Shown: positions 1-9,332 of the stretch, piece by piece
How positions within the stretch are numbered: the stretch's first letter is position 1
Layout of the letters: each line of letters starts with the position of its first letter
Source of the DNA: Candidatus Nanohalarchaeota archaeon QJJ-7
GTDB lineage: Archaea > Nanohalarchaeota > Nanosalinia > Nanosalinales > Nanohalalkaliarchaeaceae
DNA length: 54,783 nucleotides
NCBI GenBank assembly: GCA_022865215.1
Contig: JALIDP010000002.1
Coordinates: 1-54,783 of the forward strand
Direction of reading: 5' to 3'
Position numbers and translations under genes: made by a program
Notes under the pieces: generated by a model
What the model was told of the DNA's origin: nothing
Seen by the model: only the letters and a program-made list of their open reading frames with translations
Databases searched by the model: none

Positions 1-200
1 TATACCTCGAACCCGTTCTCCGGGCGGTCGCTCATCGTATTCCGGACATAATTCCCGCCAGCTTTCACCAGCTCATTAAGGTGCTCCTCCAGCCGGTCCT
101 CAGGCCACTGAAACAGGTTATCGTCGTCTGATCCTCCTAGAAGTAGCGTGGGTTCCCCCTCCACCTCCCAGTAGAACCGGTTCCTGTCACTTATCTGCAT
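1..200 (-). CDS. 5' part of a gene running off the left edge (N-terminus [56 protein letters not shown]). Possibly a TIM-barrel glycoside-hydrolase-like protein.
   Basis: The frame is open from the ATG (reverse complement of 198-200) to the window edge. It is absent from the ORF track because there is no stop in the window. A TTTATAAA box at 226-233 lies about 27 nt upstream on the minus strand. The product guess rests on the N-terminal pattern only. Confidence 0.4.
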   Translation of the reverse strand, partial: MQISDRNRFYWEVEGEPTLLLGGSDDDNLFQWPEDRLEEHLNELVKAGGNYVRNTMSDRPENGFEV

Positions 201-225
201 ATAATCGAACGATAACGCGAGCTAT

Positions 226-233
226 TTATAAAG
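226..233 (-). promoter_or_regulatory. TATA box for the leftward edge gene (leaderless spacing)
   Basis: TTTATAAA is centred about 29 nt from the minus-strand ATG at 200. Confidence 0.4.
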
Positions 234-332
234 ATTGTTTCAGAGAGGGTAATAGCTCGTCCGAACTGCCTCACGGCAGGAGAGCGTTTCACACGTTTTC
301 TCCTGTTATAGAGGCATCCAGCAGGTACCAAG

Positions 333-539
333 ATGGAAATTAACGCGCACAGGAAATTGAGAAAGAAGTTCGCGGAATGGAACCGCGTGCTGAAGATCAC
401 GCGGAAGCCGGATCGGGAAGAGTTCACTATGTCCGCGAAGGTTACCGGGGCCGGGATAATCATAATCGGGGCTATAGGGTTCCTGATCTACCTGGGCTCA
501 CAGCTTATAGAAATATCTATGAGAGGAGGCGGAGTCTGA
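333..539 (+). CDS. secE: Protein translocase subunit SecE / Sec61-gamma
   Basis: 68 aa with a basic N-terminus followed by one C-terminal TM helix (GAGIIIIGAIGFLIYLG). It sits directly upstream of spt5-rpl11, as in the conserved archaeal cluster. Confidence 0.8.
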   Translation: MEINAHRKLRKKFAEWNRVLKITRKPDREEFTMSAKVTGAGIIIIGAIGFLIYLGSQLIEISMRGGGV

Positions 540-540
540 A

Positions 541-975
541 ATGGTAATATTCACTGTAAGGACCACAAGAGGCAGAGAGAAGACCGCTATCAACGCTTTC
601 GATGCGAAGGTCGAAGGTAACGATTACGATATCAGGGCTGTTTTCTACCCGGAAGACCTCAAAGGCTACCTGTTCGTCGAGGGCAAGGAGCAGGATATCA
701 AAGATATAGCAGGAGACATGAGGCACGTTAGAGGCGTCATAGACGAAGAGGTCGACATGGAGAAGATAGAGGAGTTCCTCTCCGAGGAGCCCAAGGATAT
801 CACGATGGAGGTAGGGGACAAGGTCGAGGTCACAGGCGGGCCTTTCGAGGGAGAAGAGGCCAAGATAGAGCGTATAGACGATGCAAACCGCGAAGCAACC
901 ATAGAACTGCTGGAAGCCGCTGTGCCTATCCCGGTAACTATCAGCGTGGACCAGCTGAGGAAGAGGAGTGATTGA
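541..975 (+). CDS. spt5: Transcription elongation factor Spt5 (NusG homolog)
   Basis: NGN-type N-terminus (VIFTVRTTRGRE...YLFVEG) plus a KOW motif (GDKVEVTGGPFEGEEAKIERID). The position between secE and rpl11 is conserved. Confidence 0.9.
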   Translation: MVIFTVRTTRGREKTAINAFDAKVEGNDYDIRAVFYPEDLKGYLFVEGKEQDIKDIAGDMRHVRGVIDEEVDMEKIEEFLSEEPKDITMEVGDKVEVTGGPFEGEEAKIERIDDANREATIELLEAAVPIPVTISVDQLRKRSD

Positions 976-977
976 AT

Positions 978-1667
978 ATGGGAGAAGAAACAGTCAACCT
1001 GCTGGTAGAAGGAGGTGAAGCCTCCGCAGGACCACCGCTCGGACCTACACTCGCACCTATAGAAGCCGTAGATATCAACGAGGTCGTCTCCGCTATAAAC
1101 GAGAATACCTCTGGTTTCGAGGGTATGGAGATCCCGGTCGAAGTCGTGGTGGACGACGAGACAGGAGATTTCGAGATAGATGTGGGAACACCCCCTGCCT
1201 CTGCACTCCTCAAAGAGAGGGCCGAACTGGAGGCAGGGAGTGGAGAGCCTAACAAGATAAAGCTGGCCAACCTACCTCTGAAAGATGTTATAGAGGTCGC
1301 AGACCTGAAGATGGAGGACCTGGTCGCACTAGATCTGAGAGGCGCCACCAAGGAGATACTGGGAAGCGCCCAGTCCCTGGGCTTCCTGGTCGAGGGAAAG
1401 GAGCCTATCGATATCCAGGCAGATATAGACGAAGGAAGATACGAAGAAGTCCTCAGCGGTGAGAAGGACTGGAAAGAGCTGCCCGATAAACCTGAAGGCG
1501 GTGAGATAGATACTGAGGCAGCGAGGCAGGAGCTAGAGGAACGCAGAGAGGAAAGAGAAGAAGAGGAAGAGGAGGAAGAAGAAGCAGAAGAAGGAGAGGA
1601 AGAGGAATCCGAAGAGGGCGAAGAAACTGAAGAGGAAGAAGAGACTGAAGAAGAGGTGGAAGAATGA
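978..1667 (+). CDS. rpl11: 50S ribosomal protein L11 (uL11) with a ~70-aa acidic C-terminal extension
   Basis: uL11 core (GPPLGPTLAP, EIPVEVVVDD, IEVADLKMEDL). I prefer the ATG at 978 over the TTG at 972 used by the track. The tail runs EERREEREEEEEEEEEAEEGEEEESEEGEETEEEEETEEEVEE. Confidence 0.9.
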   Translation: MGEETVNLLVEGGEASAGPPLGPTLAPIEAVDINEVVSAINENTSGFEGMEIPVEVVVDDETGDFEIDVGTPPASALLKERAELEAGSGEPNKIKLANLPLKDVIEVADLKMEDLVALDLRGATKEILGSAQSLGFLVEGKEPIDIQADIDEGRYEEVLSGEKDWKELPDKPEGGEIDTEAARQELEERREEREEEEEEEEEAEEGEEEESEEGEETEEEEETEEEVEE

Positions 1668-1713
1668 GGCTACCTGAAGGTTGGCTCAGAGAAGAAAACC
1701 GGAGGTTTTCGAG

Positions 1714-2340
1714 ATGAGTTTCGATGACGCTGTAGAACAGTTGAGAGAAGACGCAGAGGATAGGAACTTCACCCAGGCCGTAGACCTCGTCATCAACCTG
1801 AGAGATCTGGACCTGGATGATCCTGACAACCGGTTCTCTACAGAGATAACCCTCCCTCACAGTCGTTCCGAAGAAACGAAAGTATGTGTCATAGGAGAGA
1901 CTATCACTACAGCAGCCGATAACGCAGACCGGACTATAGATCCAGACGAGCTCGACGAGATAATGGAGGATGAAGCCACCGCGAAGGACCTTGCAGAGGA
2001 GTACGACTTCTTCATAGCTGAGGCCCCTCTGATGCCCAAGATCGGTCGAGAACTGGGTTCAGTATTCGGACCGAGGGATAAGATGCCGGAGCCGATGGAG
2101 CCCGGAGAGGACCCGACAGAACGTATAGAGGGTCTGAGGAACACTATATCTATCAGTCTGAGGGAGAGCCCCTCTATCAAGTGCAAGGTAGGAGACGAAG
2201 AGATGGAGGATTCAGAAATCGAGGATAACGCAGAGGCGGTCTATAACGCAGTGACCAACAACCTCCCGAGGAACGATCACAACGTGAAGGATGCACTCCT
2301 GAAGCTGACGATGAGCAGTCCCGTGGAGGTGGACACCTGA
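1714..2340 (+). CDS. rpl1: 50S ribosomal protein L1 (uL1)
   Basis: uL1 pattern (RNFTQAVDLVINLRDLD, KVCVIGE, FFIAEAPLMPKIGRELG). The ATG at 1714 is preceded by GGAGGT at 1701-1706. The track start at 1681 is a TTG. Confidence 0.9.
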   Translation: MSFDDAVEQLREDAEDRNFTQAVDLVINLRDLDLDDPDNRFSTEITLPHSRSEETKVCVIGETITTAADNADRTIDPDELDEIMEDEATAKDLAEEYDFFIAEAPLMPKIGRELGSVFGPRDKMPEPMEPGEDPTERIEGLRNTISISLRESPSIKCKVGDEEMEDSEIEDNAEAVYNAVTNNLPRNDHNVKDALLKLTMSSPVEVDT

Positions 2341-3422
2341 TGCAGCTGACCCGGCAGGAAAAGGAAGAGATGGTGGAAAGGCTAGAGAACAAGATGGAAG
2401 ATTACCCGGTCGTGGGGATGCTCGACATGCATTCTCTCCCTGCCAGACAGCTACAGGAGATAAAGAAGGAACTGGTTGGAGAGGCAGAGATCCGGATGAC
2501 GAGGAAGACGCTGATAGATCTGGCCCTGGAAGGTGTCGAGAAGGAAAATATTGAGGAACTGGGAGAAAACGATGCTAGACAGCCGGCGCTCATATTCACT
2601 GAGAAGAACCCGTTCTCGCTTTTCAAGCTCATACAGGATAAGAAGAGCTCTGCAGCTGCCTCGGGAGGAGAAGAGGCGCCGAGCGATATAGTAGTTGAGT
2701 CAGGTATGACCGACCTCGACCCGGGACCGATGCTGGGCAAGATCCAGGAGATCGGGGCAGGCACTTCAGTTGAGGACGGCAAGATAAAGGTGGAGAACGA
2801 CGCAGTCGCTGTTGAGGCAGGAGAAGTTATAGATTCTGACACCGCAGAGATTCTCAACGCGCTCGATATGGAGCCTCTGGAGGTTGGTCTCGACCTCAAA
2901 CTGGTGTACGAGAACGGTGAAGTGTTCGACAGAGGGGTACTTGAGATAGATACCGATGAGTACAGGGAGAAGATCGAAATGGCCACGGGCCAGGCGTTCA
3001 ACCTGGCGGTCAACGCAGGCCACCTCACCGACAGGACCGCGCCCTCAGTCGTATCAACCGCGGTATCCGATGCACTTGCACTAGCAATCAACGCAGGGAT
3101 CCTGGTTGATGAAGTGGTTGAGGACGTGGTGAGGAAGGCCGCTGGCACAGCTTCCTCTGTGGATGCAGAACTCGACCTCGAAAGCATTGACATGGGTGGA
3201 GATGAGGGGGCAACCGAAGAAGAGCCAGATGAAGAAAATGAAACAGGTGAAGATGTCGAAGAAGACGTAGAAGATGAGGGAGATACGGAAGAAGAGGAGG
3301 CCGAAGACAAAAAGGAAGAAGAAACAGAAGAGGATGTAGACGCGGAGGAAGAACAGGAAGAGGAGGATGAAGATAATGATGCTGAGGAAACAGAGGATAA
3401 TGATGAAAAGGAGGTGAACTAG
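2340..3422 (+). CDS. rpl10: 50S ribosomal protein L10 / P0 (uL10) with a long D/E tail
   Basis: L10 N-domain ([24 protein letters not shown]). A TGATG overlap joins it to the rpl1 stop. The C-terminal ~75 aa are almost pure D/E and end ...EDNDEKEVN. Confidence 0.9.
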   Translation: MQLTRQEKEEMVERLENKMEDYPVVGMLDMHSLPARQLQEIKKELVGEAEIRMTRKTLIDLALEGVEKENIEELGENDARQPALIFTEKNPFSLFKLIQDKKSSAAASGGEEAPSDIVVESGMTDLDPGPMLGKIQEIGAGTSVEDGKIKVENDAVAVEAGEVIDSDTAEILNALDMEPLEVGLDLKLVYENGEVFDRGVLEIDTDEYREKIEMATGQAFNLAVNAGHLTDRTAPSVVSTAVSDALALAINAGILVDEVVEDVVRKAAGTASSVDAELDLESIDMGGDEGATEEEPDEENETGEDVEEDVEDEGDTEEEEAEDKKEEETEEDVDAEEEQEEEDEDNDAEETEDNDEKEVN

Positions 3423-3423
3423 A

Positions 3424-3750
3424 ATGGAGCTCGTCTACGCAGCGCTTCTGCTTCACGAGGCAGGCGAAGAAGTCAACGAAGACAACCTCGAAGGAGTGAT
3501 GGACGGAGCAGGTATCGAGGTGGATTCCTCCCAGGTCAAGGCAACTGTCGCCGCCCTAGAGGATGTCAATCTCGAGGAAGCGATGGAACAGCCTGCTGCA
3601 GCGCCTGCAGCCGCTCCCGCCACTTCAGGCGGAGAGGAAGCGTCAGAAGAAGCTGCCGAGGAAGAATCCGCAGAGGAAGAAGCAGCGGATGAACAGGCAG
3701 ACGAAGAAGCAGAAGAAGCTGCCGAGGAGGGTCTCGGACAGCTTTTCTAA
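3424..3750 (+). CDS. rpl12: 50S ribosomal stalk protein L12 / aP1
   Basis: [22 protein letters not shown]..., an Ala/Glu hinge, and the conserved C-terminus EEGLGQLF. Confidence 0.9.
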   Translation: MELVYAALLLHEAGEEVNEDNLEGVMDGAGIEVDSSQVKATVAALEDVNLEEAMEQPAAAPAAAPATSGGEEASEEAAEEESAEEEAADEQADEEAEEAAEEGLGQLF

Positions 3751-3755
3751 AATCC

Positions 3756-3797
3756 GAGGTCTCCAGAGTCTCTTCTTTGGAGACCTCCACCTTTTTC
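3756..3797 (+). terminator. Hairpin plus T-run terminator after the ribosomal protein operon
   Basis: A perfect 10-bp inverted repeat, GAGGTCTCCA (3756-3765) and TGGAGACCTC (3778-3787), is followed by TTTTT at 3792-3796. Confidence 0.6.
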
Positions 3798-3889
3798 CAT
3801 ATCACTTTCTCCGTGGAATAAATCAAATGAGTCTCTGGAAGCTTGAAAAGAAGGCATGTTTTTAAATCAGGGAATATCTATAGAGAGCA

Positions 3890-4198
3890 ATGGTCGAACA
3901 GAGAAACCCTATACTTGTAGTCCTGTTTACCCTGATCACCCTAGGTGTCTATGGGATCTACTGGTTCTACATGACCAGCCAGGAGCTCATAGAGGAGACT
4001 GGACAGGATTCTAGCGCGGTCCTCTGGCTTATAGGCCTTCTTATCCCTCTTGTCAACTTCTTGGTGATCTGGAAGTATACTGCTGCGGTAGAGAACGCAT
4101 CAGGAGAACACAGCGGTCCGCTGCTGTTCGTTCTCTGGGTAGTTTTCATGCCCGCCGCGCAGTACCTGGTCCAGTCCGATATCAACGCTCTGGGATGA
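3890..4198 (+). CDS. Small membrane protein, DUF4234-like
   Basis: 102 aa with 3 predicted TM helices. The LGVYGIYWFY motif is typical of DUF4234. Confidence 0.6.
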   Translation: MVEQRNPILVVLFTLITLGVYGIYWFYMTSQELIEETGQDSSAVLWLIGLLIPLVNFLVIWKYTAAVENASGEHSGPLLFVLWVVFMPAAQYLVQSDINALG

Positions 4199-4268
4199 AC
4201 AGGGGAGAAAAGGTTTAACCGGATATAATTAAAGAGCTTTAGCTCTTAAATACTCTCAGATTCGGACG

Positions 4269-7043
4269 ATGCCTTCCCTAGAAGATCTTAAAGAAGAGGT
4301 TCAGGAAGAAGCCAGCGATAACCCGGAGAAGTTCTTCGCTGTGGACGAGATAAAGAAAGAAGGGTTCTCCCGCAACACCTGTTCCAATTGTGGAATCAAG
4401 TTCTGGTCCCAGGATCCGGATAGAGAGGTCTGCGGAGAGCCGGACTGTTCGGGGGGCTACCAGTTCATCGGCGACTCTCCCGCAGAGAAGACTTTCGATG
4501 TTGTATCGGCGTGGGAGGAGTTCTCAGAATTCATCGAGGACCGTGGTTACGAAGCTATAGACCGTTACCCGGTTGCAGCAAGGTGGAGAGACGATACAGA
4601 GGTCGTGAGAGCGAGTATCTACGACTTCCAACCCTACGTTGTCTCGGGCGAGATAGATCCGCCAGCCAATCCTCTGGCTGTGCCGCAGTTCTGTTTCCGG
4701 AGCAACGATATCGACAACGTTGGGATCACGGGAAGGCACTACACCGGTTTCGTCATGGTCGGCCAGCATGCATTCACGGATCCTGAAGATTACGAGCAGT
4801 CGAAGTATTTCAGGGATATGCTGGACTGGATAGTTGAAGGCATGGGTATACCGAAAGGAGAGATAATCCTCCATGAAGACTCCTGGGGTGGCGGAGGGAA
4901 TCTTGGAGCGTGCATGGAATTCTTCGTCGGCGGCCTTGAACTCTTCAACCAGGTATATATGTTCTACGAGATTGACGGATCTGAAAAGGGATACAGCGAG
5001 CTCGATACAAAAGTTCTGGACATGGGGATGGGTCTGAACCGTATCGTATGGATAACCCACGGTTCAGAGACATCGTACGAAGCTAACATGTGGGAAGTCG
5101 TGGAGAGGCTCTATGAACGTACCGGCGTGGAGCCGGACCGTGATATCTGGGAGAAGTTTCTCCCTTACTCAGGGCATCTCAACCTGGACGAGGTCGACGA
5201 TATCGAGGAGACCTGGGATTTCATAGCGGACGAGATAAACGTTCCTGTGGATGAGATCAAGGATGAGGTCCTGCCCGCCGCCCATCTATACGCGATAGCC
5301 GATCATACGAGGACCCTTCTCCTAGCTCTTAACGATGGTCTTCTTCCCTCCAACAAGGGCGAGAGACATTCGCTAAGAGTCATGGCGCGGAGATGTTTCC
5401 AGTTCATAGAACAGCACGACTGGGATCTGGAACTGGAGGAGGTTCTTGACTGGCATGCCGAAGAGTTCGGTGAACTCTACCCTGAGATAAAGGAGAACAT
5501 TGAAGATATCAAGGACATCGTCCGGTATGAAGAAGAGAAGTACCTGGAGATGAAGGAGGAGGCTAAAAGAATTATAGAGGACGTTGGAGATGTCAGTCAA
5601 GATGAACTTGTCGAACTGTACGATTCTAAAGGTATAACTCCTGAGATGCTCCATAGGCACGGAGTGGAAGTCGAGGTACCGTCCAATTTCTACCAGATGG
5701 TCGCCAAGAGGCACAGCGAGGAAGACAGGGTAGAGAAAAAAGAAGAGGAATACGATATCGAAGGTTTGGAGGAGACAGAGCCTCTCTATTACGAGGACGA
5801 GCACCTGCAGGAATTCGAGGCCGAGGTCGTCAAAGTTATGGATGGTTCCCTGGTTCTCGACAGGACCGCTTTCTACCCTACCGGGGGCGGACAGGAACAC
5901 GACACAGGGATTATAGACGGTATAGAAGTCGTTGAGGTGGAGAAAGAGGACGGAGTTATAATCCACGATATAGAGCCTGAAGATGGACAGGACTTGCCTG
6001 GAGAAGGAGAGACAGTAGAGGGAGAGATAGACTGGGAGAGGAGAAGCAGACTTATGCACCACCACACCGCTACACACGTGATCAACGGTGCTGCGAGAGA
6101 GATCCTGGGGAACCATGTCTGGCAGGAGGGGGCCCACAAGTCCGAGGAGAAAGGCAGGCTGGATATCAGCCACTACGAGAAGCTGGACCAGGACGTCCTG
6201 GAAACAATCCAGAAAGAAGCTAATCGGGTAGTAGAGGAAGGACGGAACGTTGAGAAGAAGAGGATGGAAAGGACGAAGGCGGAGAAAGAGTACGGTTTCA
6301 GGCTTTACCAGGGTGGGGCGGTCCCAGGAAACAATCTCAGAGTGGTGGACATCGAGGACTGGGACGCCGAGGCCTGTGGAGGCACTCACGTGGATGGGAC
6401 TGGCGAGATCGGCAAGATAATCGTCACCGGCTCGAAGAAAATTCAGGACGGGACTATCAGGATAGAGTACGTGGCTGGAGAGGCTGCAAAAGAGTACGAG
6501 GAGGAGAGAGAACTCGTGGAAGAACAGGTCAGCGAATACCTGGAAACGGAACGGCCATTAATAGATATCGCGGATATATTTTCGGTCGAGGTCGAACAGC
6601 TGCCGAGAGTGGTGGAGAGGTTCGTGGAAGAGTGGGAGGAGCGCAAGCAGGAGATATATAATCTGAAAGAAGAAGTTGGAGAAGGACCTTCATACGGGGA
6701 GAGACCTCGCGATCCAGAGGAACTTTTCGATGAATGGAAACAGATGGAGAAGGATATCTCGTCCCTCCAGGACGAGCTGGAGGAGAAGATCAAGGAGGAT
6801 CTGAAGGAGGGTGAGGGATTCATGGAGAAATATATAGATACAGAAGACGTCGGGATGCTGATAAGGATAGCCAGAGACCTTGTGGACGAAGAACCGGAGA
6901 AATCTGTTCTCCTGGTCGGGAACAATGCTGCAGTGGCTGCCTCAGGAGATGATAGCGGTGTGAACGCCAGCGAGAAGGTGGGAGAAGTCGCGGATACTGT
7001 TCAGGGAGACGCGAGCTTTGCGAAAGGGTTCGAACTTCGTTAA
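4269..7043 (+). CDS. alaS: Alanine--tRNA ligase (archaeal type)
   Basis: 924 aa. N-terminal Zn-like CSNCG...C..PDC, editing-domain motifs HHHTATH and CGGTHV, and a C-terminal DHHA1-like region. Confidence 0.95.
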   Translation: MPSLEDLKEEVQEEASDNPEKFFAVDEIKKEGFSRNTCSNCGIKFWSQDPDREVCGEPDCSGGYQFIGDSPAEKTFDVVSAWEEFSEFIEDRGYEAIDRYPVAARWRDDTEVVRASIYDFQPYVVSGEIDPPANPLAVPQFCFRSNDIDNVGITGRHYTGFVMVGQHAFTDPEDYEQSKYFRDMLDWIVEGMGIPKGEIILHEDSWGGGGNLGACMEFFVGGLELFNQVYMFYEIDGSEKGYSELDTKVLDMGMGLNRIVWITHGSETSYEANMWEVVERLYERTGVEPDRDIWEKFLPYSGHLNLDEVDDIEETWDFIADEINVPVDEIKDEVLPAAHLYAIADHTRTLLLALNDGLLPSNKGERHSLRVMARRCFQFIEQHDWDLELEEVLDWHAEEFGELYPEIKENIEDIKDIVRYEEEKYLEMKEEAKRIIEDVGDVSQDELVELYDSKGITPEMLHRHGVEVEVPSNFYQMVAKRHSEEDRVEKKEEEYDIEGLEETEPLYYEDEHLQEFEAEVVKVMDGSLVLDRTAFYPTGGGQEHDTGIIDGIEVVEVEKEDGVIIHDIEPEDGQDLPGEGETVEGEIDWERRSRLMHHHTATHVINGAAREILGNHVWQEGAHKSEEKGRLDISHYEKLDQDVLETIQKEANRVVEEGRNVEKKRMERTKAEKEYGFRLYQGGAVPGNNLRVVDIEDWDAEACGGTHVDGTGEIGKIIVTGSKKIQDGTIRIEYVAGEAAKEYEEERELVEEQVSEYLETERPLIDIADIFSVEVEQLPRVVERFVEEWEERKQEIYNLKEEVGEGPSYGERPRDPEELFDEWKQMEKDISSLQDELEEKIKEDLKEGEGFMEKYIDTEDVGMLIRIARDLVDEEPEKSVLLVGNNAAVAASGDDSGVNASEKVGEVADTVQGDASFAKGFELR

Positions 7044-7077
7044 GGTTTAAAGTCTACGGCCCGAGGTTCTCTTCACA

Positions 7078-7473
7078 ATGATAGTAGGATTTTCCATCAC
7101 CAGGATGGAGGCAGAGAAGGACGAGATGAAAGGCGGGGATACAAACGTCAACTACCGTTCCAGCCTGACGGAAGTGGAAGAAGCAACTGTTTCCTCTATA
7201 GAGGAGGACATCGCCAGGATCTCGTTCGAACTCGGTATCGAGTATCAACAGGACGATGAAGAAGTCGCTGAGATGCAGTTCGAGGGAAGAGTCCTGTGGC
7301 AGGGTGACGCCGGCGAGGTCATCGAGAACTGGGACGAGAACGAGGATATCGAAGAGGACGTCGCGGCCACGGTCACCAACCACGTCTACAGGAAATGCCT
7401 CACCCGCGCGGTAGGCATGGCAGACGCTCTCGAGCTTCCTTCGCCTGTACCCATGCCTCGAGTGAACCGGTGA
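7078..7473 (+). CDS. Small acidic hypothetical protein (possibly a SecB-like fold)
   Basis: A 131-aa ORF that fills the gap between alaS and the next gene. The fold guess rests on the beta-rich N-half and the C-terminal pattern VTNHVYRKCLTRAVGMADALELPSPVPMPRVN. Confidence 0.5.
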   Translation: MIVGFSITRMEAEKDEMKGGDTNVNYRSSLTEVEEATVSSIEEDIARISFELGIEYQQDDEEVAEMQFEGRVLWQGDAGEVIENWDENEDIEEDVAATVTNHVYRKCLTRAVGMADALELPSPVPMPRVNR

Positions 7474-7477
7474 CAGG

Positions 7478-7936
7478 ATGCTCAAGAAGTCAGGATTGGT
7501 CATTTTGATCGGAGTAATCCTGGCTTTATTTTTCCAGCACACTCTTCCAGAAAATACCGCCACAGTGGCCACACCGGAAGGAGATCTAGAAGTAGAGGTG
7601 GCTGAAAGCCCGGCAGAGCAACGGGAAGGGTTGATGAACCGTTCGGAAGTTCCACTAGACGGTCTTCTCTTCGTCTACGATCAACCCTCCGAACTCGTAT
7701 TCTGGATGAAGGACACGTCCATACCTCTAGATATCGTTTTCCTGGACCGCAACTTTACGGTCCTCAACGTCGAGAGCGCGGATCCGGAAACCGGGGTTCC
7801 GCCTGAAGATCTGGAGAAATACCGTAGTTCGGGTCTTGCGCTCTACGCACTCGAGATCCCTCAAGGTAAAGCGAGGGAACTCGGTCTGGAACCGGGAGTA
7901 GAGACTGAGGTAGAGATAGACCAGGGACTGATATAA
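7478..7936 (+). CDS. DUF192-domain protein with an N-terminal membrane anchor or signal
   Basis: Hydrophobic N-terminus. DUF192 motifs REGLMNR...DGLLFVY...FWMKDTSIPLDIVFLD and ALEIPQG. Confidence 0.75.
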   Translation: MLKKSGLVILIGVILALFFQHTLPENTATVATPEGDLEVEVAESPAEQREGLMNRSEVPLDGLLFVYDQPSELVFWMKDTSIPLDIVFLDRNFTVLNVESADPETGVPPEDLEKYRSSGLALYALEIPQGKARELGLEPGVETEVEIDQGLI

Positions 7937-7959
7937 GACTGGGAACACAAATTTTCTGT

Positions 7960-9291
7960 ATGAAAAAGATAGCTATCCTAGGGGCTGCAGGCAGAGACTA
8001 CCACGACTTCCTAACTGTCTTCAGGGATGCCGAAGACGTGTATTTGAAAGCGTTCCTCCAGATAGAGGGACAGAATATAGGTGAGCTAGATGAATTCCCG
8101 GAGAGGACCTTTCCCTCCTCTCTCGCAGGTGAAAGATACCCTGAAGGAATTCCTATCTTACCTGAGACAGAGATGGAGAGGCTGGTGAAGGAAGAAGGAC
8201 TGGACGAGATAGTCCTCTCCTACTCGGACGTATCTCACGAGGAAGTGATGCACCAGGCCTCCCGGGCATTATCCAACGGTTGCAGCTTCCGTCTTATCGG
8301 CCCTGATGAGATGATGCTGGAGAGCGAGAAACCTGTCATAGCTGTAGACGCTGTTAGGACAGGGACAGGTAAGTCCCAGGCCTCGCAGAAGATCGCCGAT
8401 ATACTGGATGAAGAAGGGAAAGACGTTGTCGTAGTACGTGAACCTATGCCTTACGGGGACCTTGAGGAACAGGCAGTCCAGAGGTTCGGGTCGGAAGAGG
8501 AGCTGGAAGAAGCTGGTGTAACCCTGGAAGAACGTGAAGAATACGAAAGGCACCTGGAGAGAGGCCATGTAGTATACGCAGGGGTGGACTACGAGGAGAT
8601 CTTGAAACAGGTGGAAGAGGAAGCAGACGTTATCCTCTGGGAAGGAGGAAACAACGAATTACCGTTCTTCCGTCCTGACATTCACTTCGTACTGGTCGAT
8701 CCTCACAGACCTGGAGACGAGGTTTCCTACCATCCAGGGGAGACCAACCTCAGAATCGCGGACTACGTCATCGTGAACAAGGAGAACACTGCAACAGACG
8801 ATGATATCCAGACTGTGGTGGAGAACGTGGAGAGGGTGAACCCTGAAGCGGAGATAATCCACGCAGATTCCGTGGTTTCTGTAGAAAAACCTGAGGAACT
8901 GGAGGGGAAAAGTGCTCTTGTCGTGGAGGACGGACCTACTTTGACCCATGGCGGCACAAGTTACGGGGCAGGATACATCGCGGCCGAGAAATACAGTGCC
9001 TCCGAGATAGTGGATCCTGGAGAGAGCGCATCAGGTAGTCTCAGGGAGGTCCTGGACAGATATGATCTGGAGAAGGTCCTTCCCGCGATGGGATATAGTG
9101 AGAAACAGCGGGAGGAGCTGGAAGAGAGTATCAACCGTTCGGACTCTGACGTGGTTATCGCAGGTACCCCTGTCGACCTCAATAAGGTTGTCGATGTAGA
9201 AAAACCGGTTATACAGGCCCTTTACCGTATAGAAGGGGAACCTCCTCTCTCAAAAGTACTTGAAGATAATTCCAGCATCTTTAACCGGTAG
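7960..9291 (+). CDS. COG2403-family predicted GTPase (family also annotated as cyclic 2,3-diphosphoglycerate synthetase-like)
   Basis: MKKIAILGAAGRDYHDF..., SYSDVSHEEVMH, VRTGTGKSQ, MPYGDL, HPGETNLRIADYVIVNK, VVEDGPTLTHGG, and LPAMGYSEKQ...VIAGTPVDL all match my memory of the family. Confidence 0.8.
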   Translation: MKKIAILGAAGRDYHDFLTVFRDAEDVYLKAFLQIEGQNIGELDEFPERTFPSSLAGERYPEGIPILPETEMERLVKEEGLDEIVLSYSDVSHEEVMHQASRALSNGCSFRLIGPDEMMLESEKPVIAVDAVRTGTGKSQASQKIADILDEEGKDVVVVREPMPYGDLEEQAVQRFGSEEELEEAGVTLEEREEYERHLERGHVVYAGVDYEEILKQVEEEADVILWEGGNNELPFFRPDIHFVLVDPHRPGDEVSYHPGETNLRIADYVIVNKENTATDDDIQTVVENVERVNPEAEIIHADSVVSVEKPEELEGKSALVVEDGPTLTHGGTSYGAGYIAAEKYSASEIVDPGESASGSLREVLDRYDLEKVLPAMGYSEKQREELEESINRSDSDVVIAGTPVDLNKVVDVEKPVIQALYRIEGEPPLSKVLEDNSSIFNR

Positions 9292-9332
9292 ATATGCGGT
9301 AGATTTATTGGTGCGGGGTATAACAGGTAGTT

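Noticed and set aside
941-1351. 136-aa minus-strand ORF inside rpl11
   Set aside because: Same antisense-shadow effect: Ser-rich, low complexity, and fully inside a confidently identified gene.
1540-1667. GAA/GAG-rich tracts (also 3180-3420 and 3600-3730) as microsatellite or tandem repeats
   Set aside because: They are in-frame poly-Glu/Asp coding tails of ribosomal proteins. This is compositional rather than a discrete DNA repeat element. They are, however, assembly-error-prone.
2402-3310. 302-aa minus-strand ORF, extremely Ser/Thr-rich
   Set aside because: It is the antisense shadow of rpl10. GAA/GAG/GAC-rich sense codons read as TTC/CTC/GTC on the other strand and leave long stop-free frames. 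The composition is not protein-like.
4232-4247. Palindrome AAGAGCTTTAGCTCTT upstream of alaS
   Set aside because: It is short (7-bp arms) and sits in an A/T-rich promoter region. It could be a weak terminator for the upstream gene, and there is not enough evidence to call a regulatory site.
5373-6389. 338-aa minus-strand ORF inside alaS
   Set aside because: It lies entirely antisense to a conserved aminoacyl-tRNA synthetase, with no recognisable motifs.
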